53,201 nucleotides of DNA from positions 1-53,201 of the forward strand of contig CAYQCC010000007.1 in NCBI GenBank assembly GCA_964415895.1, read 5' to 3'. Origin of the DNA: an uncultured Candidatus Saccharibacteria bacterium. GTDB taxonomy: Bacteria; Patescibacteriota; Minisyncoccia; Phycocordibacterales; UBA1006. The first letter of the stretch is position 1. The number at the start of each line of letters is the position of its first letter. Position numbers and translations under genes: made by a program. The notes beneath the pieces are model-generated. The model searched no databases. It saw only the letters and a list, made by a program, of their open reading frames with translations, and was not told where the DNA came from. Shown here one piece after another: positions 7,585 through 14,827 of this stretch.

Positions 7585-10500
7585 ATGCACGGGCTACACC
7601 AAGGATACTCTTATCAAGACTTATTATCTGCTTTTTTAATATCAGAAAATCTGCATAAAAAGGATTTTAAAATAGCGATAGAGCAACAAGATTCTATACA
7701 AGACAAGTTTGATGACATTGTAGTTTTTTATGATGGCAGAAAATCTAAATTCCAAGTAAAACACACGTCAGCAAATAATTCAGTTGCAAAGAAAGATTTT
7801 ATAAATAAATCTAGCGACCTTAATTTAGCTGAATTAGCCAAGTCTTTTCTTGATGATAAAAAAACGACTTATATAATTGCCACAAATAGGAATGTTGAAT
7901 CTGACAGTTTCTTTAGCAATCAGGGTGACTCAGGAATATTTTCACTTAAAAATGAATCTTTTCAAATTAGTGGAACTGCTTCTCATAAAAGTTTTACAAA
8001 GAAACTTTTTATTGAATCGTCACTACCTGGAGCTTCCTTTGACCTGAGTAAGCCTGGGAGTCTTGAAAAAGAATTATTGGAATCTTTGCGTACCCAAGTA
8101 GGCATCGGTCAGTATCCAAATAATCAAGTTTCAGAGAGGGATGTTGCTGGTCGTTTAATACTACTAGCTTCTCAATTAAGAAGTACTGGCAAGGGAAAGT
8201 TTTTTGACAGAGATTATATTTTCAAGTATATAAATCTTAATTTTGAATACGGTCATATTGTACAAAATTTCCCATTCATTTCTACAGAGTATAGGCTATA
8301 TAGGACAGAGGTCGTAACAAAAATCCAAGGTCTTTTGTCGGTACATAAATATGCAATTCTTCAAGGTGCGCCTGGTGGTGGAAAATCTCACGTATTTGAT
8401 GACTTGTTTCAAAAGTATAAAGATGAAAAGGTTACAGTTGTCCGTCATTTTTGCTATTTGGAGCCAACAGACCGCCTGGCTCAAGAAAGAATTGTTGTAG
8501 ATGCGATGTATGGTAACTTTCTACATCAACTTGAAAGAAGTGAGCCTAAAATAGCTGAGGAGTTAAAACCCTATTTTTCAGCGACTAAATCAAATCTAGA
8601 AAAGATGCTAATTAAGTTAGCCGAAGCAGGAAAAAAGACTGTTTTGATGGTGGATGGATTAGACCATTTGAATCGAGTAGTTGCTCAGAATAGACTCTCT
8701 GAAGATTTGGTCCAAAGTTTTATTTCTGACCTGTTGGATTTAAAGCTTCCTGAAAATTGTTCCATCTTTATCGCCTCTCAGCCAAGTCTTGAATTGAATC
8801 AAATAATAGAGCATAGAGATGTTGGGGTATACACACTTCTTCCTTGGAGTGAAAAAATGGTTGAGGAATTTTTGAAAAAACATAATGACCATTTGCCGTC
8901 CGAAAGAAAACTTCTCGTAGATAAGGAAATAATAAAGCTTTTATTGCAAAAAACCGAAGGTAATCCTTTGTATCTAACATATGTTCTAAAAGAGGTAATT
9001 AGTTCAAGTAGTGAATCAGATATTCCATCTTTCCTTGAAAAACTACCCCAGCTCAGCAGTGATTTAAATAACTATTATAGATATTTAACAAAAACATCAA
9101 GTGTCTCAGATTTTGCTGTGATGCAAACCTTGGCGTTGCTCGATTTTAGTGTGTCGTCAGAAGAGATAAAAGAAATGTTTCCTCCAATCCAAAAGCCAGT
9201 TATTGAGGCAACAATTAAAAAAATAAAACCAATATTGAAATCAGGGATAGTACACGGAGGTATAAGAATTTATCACGAAAGTTTTCGCCGTTTTATAATT
9301 GAGGAAAGCCATAAGAACAAACAGCAAGATAGTGAGCTATATAAACACATAACAGATTGGCTTGATAAGAAAGGTTTTTATGTCTCCCAAAGAACATACA
9401 GGTATTTAATTCCTTATCTCATTAGGTCGGGCGAAGAAGATAAGGTTTATTCTCTTTTACCAAAAGATTTCATATCGCAAAGTTTGTACTTCTTTCATTC
9501 CCCCGAGAGTATTACTAGCAACCTAAATAGAATTGCGGACTTTGCAGGACTGAAACAAAGATGGGATGTGTACTGTAAGGCTGTTGAATTAAAAAGGGCT
9601 TTACATACTTATACATACGAAAGGGCGGAATCAACAGATGATGTTTATTATCAAGCGATTTTAGACGTGCAGGGCGCGGATATGTTTTGCGAGAGATTAA
9701 TGTTTGATGGAAAGCCAGTTTTTTCTAAACTAGGAGGCATATTAATGTGTCAAAAGGCAGAACATAGTGGAGGAAACCCGCCGTGGGATTTTTATGATGT
9801 TCAAGGAATTTCGATGTCTGTTGGTAGTCCTGCGCAGATTTACCATTTTCAGGAAGTTGAATCAGCTAATTTTCTAAGTTCAATTCGAAAGGCATCAGTT
9901 AAATATGCTATTAGGGTAATGTGGAGATTAATGATGCGAAACAGATTCTTGAATACGGAACAACGTCAAATCAATTGGCTTCTGAACGAATTTGATTTTG
10001 TATTTGGTGTTTCAGCCAACTATAAGGAATTAATTACTCTTCCTATGGCTCGAAAAAAGAAGGCGTGTTTACACTTAGCAGTAGCAAAATACTTGTATAA
10101 GGATGGAAAAAAGAAAGAAGCCAGTCAAATAAGTACAGGTGTATTAAAGACAACAAAAGATAGTAACCAGATTCTTGAAAGCCTAAAACTGGATGGTAAA
10201 ATTGCCAGCCCTGTTTTAATTGGTGATATATCAAAATTAACAGCCTCGATTTTCGGTTTTCAGCATCTATATGACGACAAAGAAGTTCCTGTATTTAAGG
10301 AATGGTATGAGGCTTTACAAATTTTGTCCCACATTAAGCGAGATGAAGTAAAAAATGCAAGAAAATTGATAAATAGAATTGATGGATGGTATCGTGCGTG
10401 GCTCTTGTTTCTTGTCGATTTATCTCTGTTAGAAGCCGAGAATAGTTCGGTTGTAAGGAAAGAAAAAGCTTTCGAGATTATGCTATCTGAACTTGTTAAA

Positions 10501-12234
10501 TATGCAGCCCCTTTCACTGGTACTCCAAGGGCAATGGACCTTTATTCAATTCGGGAATTTTGCACGGATTCTTTTCGTAGAGTATTGATACTTGGAAAGG
10601 ACTTTTCTAATTATGAATTCATATTAAATTCTCTAGGGACAATAAGCTCCGAAACTACTTCTTATCTACAAGGCTCAAGCGATGGTCCGCTAGATGGTGA
10701 AAAATTTAATACACTACTCAAAGAAATTTATTTGTTGTTAGATGAGTCTAAAAGAAAAGTGGTATTGAAAAGATTAAAAGAGAATGTATATAACGGTTTT
10801 GCATCTTCACATTATTATGACTCTTCTTCATTTGAACATTTAAAGTTATCAAGCGTACTTTCTCAAGCGGGAAAAACTAAGGACTCGAAAACAGAGCTCT
10901 TGATGGGCTGTGTCCATCTAGTTGCATACGGACATAGGAAAGATTCTACTCTGTTTGAAATAATCGAACCCATAGGTTTTATTGCTAAGAAAGATTTAGG
11001 CTTTGCAGCTAAAGCTCTATTGAAAACCTATCCCTTGGCTGAGACAGTCTGGAGATATACAGATGGTAGTACTACAAAATGGAGTCTTACTTACTGGATA
11101 GAATCTTTAATTGCCTCAAATGTTAATATGGCTGTTCAGGTAATGACGGAGCTAATAATTAAAGACCCTGGTAGAGATTGGCGGGTAGAGTTAGGCACTG
11201 AGCATCTTTGTAAAAAGTTGGTTGAAGAGAAAGTGTCTATTGCAATAGTGGCAGACCTCTACGAGACCATATTTAGATTAAAGGATACAAGGATTAATGT
11301 TTCAGTGGGATTAGAAATTGCGCAACTCTTAATAGTTTCGGGGAAATATGAACGAGCGCAAAAGATTTTTGACCATATAGCCTATAACCTTTACCACGTT
11401 TCAGTTTTTGAATATGTATCTGAGAAGGAAAATTTCGAAAAGATTCTTTCTTTTGCAAAAAAATACAAATTAAAACTCAAGGACTATCATAAGAAGAATT
11501 TTGAAGCGAATAGGGATAAAACTGCAATGAAAAGTCCGCTTGCCGATATTCCAAAGACTAAAGAGGTGATTGAAAAGTTTAAGTTTAAAGGTCTCGATGC
11601 AGAGGAGATGCAAAGGTTGCTGGATGAAAATCCTAGAGGGCAATTTCTTTATTCTCAAAATGTGCAGAATCTTGGAGAGGCATTGTCTCTAATTGCTAAA
11701 GATAAGCCAGAAAAGAGTCAGAATATTGTACTTTCGTTGGTAAGAACAGGTTTCTATAAGGACCAAGATATTAAAGGATTAATTGCTCTCAGAGAAATCT
11801 TTATCAAAAATGGACAGAAAGAATTGGCTTCATTTGTTTCAATGCTAGGTTTAGTATACGCGCGTGGTAGTGGTGGATGGCACAGCTTGGCTGACAGTCA
11901 ATATAACTATCTAGGTTCTGATGCTTTTAAGTTATCAAAAAAGACAGCGGAAAAGACTCTCTCAAGTGAAATGTCTTATATTTTTTCCAAGGATGGATAT
12001 TTTAGTGGGCCAGTACGACATCTAGTAGAATTTTTCTCACAGGCATCCCAGGTTAGATTGGCTGAAAATATATGGAATGAGGCTTATGATGTTATAAAGT
12101 TTCGATTGCCAACTCCAATAGAACTGGATGAAATGCTTGAAAAAGAAACTCCTAGTCTCACATATAATCTCAGGAAACCAATAAATACCGCCCTTAAAGA
12201 GCTTATAAAAGAGCGACTCAAGATTACTGGTTAG
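7585..12234 (+). CDS. PD-(D/E)xK nuclease-STAND NTPase, Avs/AVAST-like antiphage protein
   Basis: N-terminal GYSYQD..DKFDDIVV..FQVK nuclease motif; Walker A GAPGGGKS, Walker B VLMVDGLDH, STAND GNPLYL; long helical C-terminal region. Confidence 0.8.
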   Translation: MHGLHQGYSYQDLLSAFLISENLHKKDFKIAIEQQDSIQDKFDDIVVFYDGRKSKFQVKHTSANNSVAKKDFINKSSDLNLAELAKSFLDDKKTTYIIATNRNVESDSFFSNQGDSGIFSLKNESFQISGTASHKSFTKKLFIESSLPGASFDLSKPGSLEKELLESLRTQVGIGQYPNNQVSERDVAGRLILLASQLRSTGKGKFFDRDYIFKYINLNFEYGHIVQNFPFISTEYRLYRTEVVTKIQGLLSVHKYAILQGAPGGGKSHVFDDLFQKYKDEKVTVVRHFCYLEPTDRLAQERIVVDAMYGNFLHQLERSEPKIAEELKPYFSATKSNLEKMLIKLAEAGKKTVLMVDGLDHLNRVVAQNRLSEDLVQSFISDLLDLKLPENCSIFIASQPSLELNQIIEHRDVGVYTLLPWSEKMVEEFLKKHNDHLPSERKLLVDKEIIKLLLQKTEGNPLYLTYVLKEVISSSSESDIPSFLEKLPQLSSDLNNYYRYLTKTSSVSDFAVMQTLALLDFSVSSEEIKEMFPPIQKPVIEATIKKIKPILKSGIVHGGIRIYHESFRRFIIEESHKNKQQDSELYKHITDWLDKKGFYVSQRTYRYLIPYLIRSGEEDKVYSLLPKDFISQSLYFFHSPESITSNLNRIADFAGLKQRWDVYCKAVELKRALHTYTYERAESTDDVYYQAILDVQGADMFCERLMFDGKPVFSKLGGILMCQKAEHSGGNPPWDFYDVQGISMSVGSPAQIYHFQEVESANFLSSIRKASVKYAIRVMWRLMMRNRFLNTEQRQINWLLNEFDFVFGVSANYKELITLPMARKKKACLHLAVAKYLYKDGKKKEASQISTGVLKTTKDSNQILESLKLDGKIASPVLIGDISKLTASIFGFQHLYDDKEVPVFKEWYEALQILSHIKRDEVKNARKLINRIDGWYRAWLLFLVDLSLLEAENSSVVRKEKAFEIMLSELVKYAAPFTGTPRAMDLYSIREFCTDSFRRVLILGKDFSNYEFILNSLGTISSETTSYLQGSSDGPLDGEKFNTLLKEIYLLLDESKRKVVLKRLKENVYNGFASSHYYDSSSFEHLKLSSVLSQAGKTKDSKTELLMGCVHLVAYGHRKDSTLFEIIEPIGFIAKKDLGFAAKALLKTYPLAETVWRYTDGSTTKWSLTYWIESLIASNVNMAVQVMTELIIKDPGRDWRVELGTEHLCKKLVEEKVSIAIVADLYETIFRLKDTRINVSVGLEIAQLLIVSGKYERAQKIFDHIAYNLYHVSVFEYVSEKENFEKILSFAKKYKLKLKDYHKKNFEANRDKTAMKSPLADIPKTKEVIEKFKFKGLDAEEMQRLLDENPRGQFLYSQNVQNLGEALSLIAKDKPEKSQNIVLSLVRTGFYKDQDIKGLIALREIFIKNGQKELASFVSMLGLVYARGSGGWHSLADSQYNYLGSDAFKLSKKTAEKTLSSEMSYIFSKDGYFSGPVRHLVEFFSQASQVRLAENIWNEAYDVIKFRLPTPIELDEMLEKETPSLTYNLRKPINTALKELIKERLKITG

Positions 12235-12307
12235 GACTATCTATCGCTAGAGGAGCTTGTTGCTCGTCGATTATTGCTTTTCGAACATCATCCCAGGTGC
12301 GGAGCCA
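12224..12307 (-). repeat. att-like site D / relic recombinase tail
   Basis: TTCGAAC..GGAGC with 26-nt span; minus frame WLRTWDDVRKAIIDEQQAPLAIDSPNQ*. Confidence 0.7.
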
Positions 12308-12311
12308 AGCT

Positions 12312-12342
12312 AAAAGACACCTAATTCACATAGGTGTTTTTT
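12312..12342. terminator. Terminator-like hairpin after site D
   Basis: AAAAGACACCTA-ATTCACA-TAGGTGTTTTTT. Confidence 0.7.
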
Positions 12343-12378
12343 GTTACCGTTGGTAGGCAATCGAACATGTGGTAAAAT

Positions 12379-12624
12379 GTGGATATGAATATGAAATTCA
12401 AATCTCTAATTACTGGTCTTTTAATTTTATCGCCTATGTCCGTCTTTGCGCAAAATCCTGGATTCGGCGCAGAACCAACTCCATTTTTTGAGATGCTATT
12501 TATCAAATCATATTGTACAACACCTTTTGAATGTATACTTAATAATTATATTTTAAATCCATTAATAATATTACCTGTGTTTATAGTCATTGGGGTAGTT
12601 ATTTATAAAAAAATGAAAAAATAA
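12379..12624 (+). CDS. Small membrane protein (signal peptide plus C-terminal TM helix)
   Basis: 81 aa; signal-like N-terminus ending VFA, C-terminal TM with KKMKK tail; upstream TGGTAAAAT extended -10. Confidence 0.65.
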   Translation: MDMNMKFKSLITGLLILSPMSVFAQNPGFGAEPTPFFEMLFIKSYCTTPFECILNNYILNPLIILPVFIVIGVVIYKKMKK

Positions 12625-12641
12625 ATTGAGTTTAATTATTC

Positions 12642-12715
12642 AGTTACCTTATATTACGCTCATCAATCTCTGTATTTCCAATGTATAGATTCTAAGTGTA
12701 ACCGATATGCGGAGC
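12642..12715. repeat. att-like site A' (putative attR), alternative recombinase tail
   Basis: Minus frame LRISVTLRIYTLEIQRLMSVI*, same length as and homologous to the LSR's real tail LRLSVTLRTCVRDIQRLVRVM*. Confidence 0.85.
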
Positions 12716-12794
12716 CCTTGAAAAATGCCTTTATATGGGGTATTTTTTGTTTATCTAAATAGGGTTTAGAACTCAAATCTGTTAAAATGATGCC

Positions 12795-13652
12795 ATGTCT
12801 GAATATCAACCAAAAAATAAGTCCTTTGAGCAATATATACAATTAGGCTACGAGTTTGCTTCTGGGAAAAAATTGTCTGAAAATGAGATGGTTCTTTTAG
12901 AAAAAATATCCGATATAGATACTAGTATTATCAAAATTGATGATATTCTTGACCACGAAGAATACCGAAATAATCGCAAAGCAATTCACCTTATTGATGG
13001 GATAGAAAAGACGATCATAAATGCCAAGCTCGATGAAATTAATGGTGTTCAAGCACTTACTGATTTAATTGAGTTTAGAAAATGCTTTCCTCTTTTCAGT
13101 TACGAAATACTTAAAGTATTTAATAATGACTATATGCGAGGAATATATGAAGGGCAAAAAATTGATAAGGAGTTGGAAGAAATAGAAAATATAACACCAG
13201 AAATGATCCATAAGTATTTTTTAATGACCAAAAAGTTCACGGGAGGTCATATAAGATATGGATTAGAAATCGGGCAACTATTAGGCGGTAAAATCCCTGA
13301 TAAAAGCGTTAGTGAGATTGCCGAAAATTTAGGCATTAATCGACAGATTGTAGATGATTTCGAAGATTATTTTAAAGCCCATCATTATCCATTCGGAGAT
13401 ATTAAAAGGGGTGCAAAAAGACTTCCTGAGATATTATTTACCTTGAAAGGTGGTAGTAGAGAAACTGTTCTAGAGCTTATTACGAAGAAAGATTTTTCAG
13501 GAATAGTAAAACTTGTTTTAAATGAGGAGGTTAGAAAATCGCTCTATGATTATTGTAAAACGAATATAGAGCAATGCGAGCAAATTACAACTGATTTTGA
13601 TTGGGCAAAGATTTCAGTTGATATTGAACAAATACTAAGAAAAGAAATTTAA
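12795..13652 (+). CDS. Polyprenyl synthetase-family protein (divergent)
   Basis: First Asp-rich motif DDILD..R, GQKID, second motif QIVDDFED. Confidence 0.75.
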   Translation: MSEYQPKNKSFEQYIQLGYEFASGKKLSENEMVLLEKISDIDTSIIKIDDILDHEEYRNNRKAIHLIDGIEKTIINAKLDEINGVQALTDLIEFRKCFPLFSYEILKVFNNDYMRGIYEGQKIDKELEEIENITPEMIHKYFLMTKKFTGGHIRYGLEIGQLLGGKIPDKSVSEIAENLGINRQIVDDFEDYFKAHHYPFGDIKRGAKRLPEILFTLKGGSRETVLELITKKDFSGIVKLVLNEEVRKSLYDYCKTNIEQCEQITTDFDWAKISVDIEQILRKEI

Positions 13653-13731
13653 ATTTAAAATTTCACCTAATTCGAGCTCGCTTTTAATCTGAACCCAGTT
13701 AAGGATTCTGAACTTGTCCACGAGAGGGAGT
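13635..13731 (-). repeat. att-like site C / relic recombinase tail
   Basis: TTCTGAAC..GGAGT with 26-nt span; minus frame LPLVDKFRILNWVQIKSELE... open for 31 codons; 16-bp hairpin follows at 13750-13786. Confidence 0.65.
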
Positions 13732-13853
13732 CAACCATTGACATATGATAAAAGGACAGTATTATGCTAAATAATATTGTTCTTTTGCTTTGCGTTTAAT
13801 TGGTTTTCAGAGAAGATCCTGTCTTTTGTGATAGCCAATTAAATACTTACAAA

Positions 13854-14153
13854 ATGGGAACGATTAATATTGAAAATAATGAAACTGATTTGGAAACTTT
13901 TGAATCATTGTGCAAAGAATTCAGAATATACATCGATGAACTAAAAACAAAATGGAAGGTTAATAATAGACCGCCTCAGTTTAAAGATGTGTATGAAATT
14001 TTACGTCCAGATGAGAAAGCGCAAATAGAAAGTCATATCAACAATTGGGACAGATACATAACACCCATTGCAGAAGAGTGGTGGAAACAACGTGGTTATG
14101 GAGTCAATTGGCCAGATGATAATTCAAAGCCAGTAGGATATTATAAGCTTTAA
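13854..14153 (+). CDS. Hypothetical protein (about 99 aa)
   Basis: Likely start ATG 13854; no family recognised. Confidence 0.65.
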   Translation: MGTINIENNETDLETFESLCKEFRIYIDELKTKWKVNNRPPQFKDVYEILRPDEKAQIESHINNWDRYITPIAEEWWKQRGYGVNWPDDNSKPVGYYKL

Positions 14154-14202
14154 TTGAATACGGTTACCAAATTAGTAAAAGACTGTTTTTTAAATAGTCT
14201 TT

Positions 14203-14247
14203 TCATTTACTCAAAATTTTCGATCGAACATTTCCCATGTTTGGAGC
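14203..14247 (-). repeat. att-like site E (degenerate, 1-nt deletion)
   Basis: ATCGAAC..GGAGC with 25-nt span; restoring 1 nt gives LQTWE(N)VRSKILSK*, resembling site D; imperfect hairpin follows at 14254-14282. Confidence 0.55.
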
Positions 14248-14345
14248 TAAATTTAAAACACCTATTACACAGAGATGTTTTAGTTATTCTTTATTTCTTA
14301 AAAATATTAAGATATAAATGGTATTTATTATTTTAACTTTTAACT

Positions 14346-14747
14346 ATGTTTCAAATAACAATTATGTGGATCGTGTCTGTTCTGCAGATCTTAATAGCCC
14401 TTGGATTAATTAATGTATGGATTATTCGATCTGGACGTGCGACAAAATACCGCGGCGCTGGAGCTCAAAACATGAAACAGGAATTTAGTGCGTATGGATT
14501 ACCGGTCTGGACAATGTATGTGGTGGGATTTTTAAAGATGGTAATTGCACTAGTTATGGTTTTGGTGTTGTTCGTACCTTATGTAATGATTCCGTTTGGC
14601 ATTGCTGCTTTTGCGCTACTTGTTATATTAATGCTTGGTGCAATCACCATGCATGTTAAAGTTAAAGATCCATTAGTAAAGGTTCTTCCTGCTATAAGCA
14701 TGTTACTGATGTCGGTACTGGCTTTATGTCTTGTATTGTTAGTATAA
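14346..14747 (+). CDS. DoxX-family membrane protein
   Basis: Four TM helices; F..YGLP.W...VG..K and GAITMH.KVKD motifs. Confidence 0.8.
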   Translation: MFQITIMWIVSVLQILIALGLINVWIIRSGRATKYRGAGAQNMKQEFSAYGLPVWTMYVVGFLKMVIALVMVLVLFVPYVMIPFGIAAFALLVILMLGAITMHVKVKDPLVKVLPAISMLLMSVLALCLVLLV

Positions 14748-14827
14748 AGGATAAAAACACCTAATTTATAAGTGTTTTTTTGTAACGAGTCATTGTATTT
14801 ATAAAAGAGATATGAGATAATTTACTC

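Larger units (their letters stand above)
3314..12715. mobile_element. Integrative element / possible phage satellite (9,380 bp unit)
   Basis: Bounded by direct repeats exactly 9,380 bp apart; encodes LSR, TerS-like protein and STAND defence gene. Confidence 0.8.

Noticed and set aside
3269-12715. Complete prophage, retron or diversity-generating retroelement
   Set aside because: No capsid, portal, large terminase, tail or reverse transcriptase gene recognised.
1802-14282. Possible CRISPR array or classical integron
   Set aside because: The repeats are degenerate and separated by whole genes; no cas genes, no tyrosine integrase, no attC-style RYYYAAC/GTTRRRY boxes recognised.
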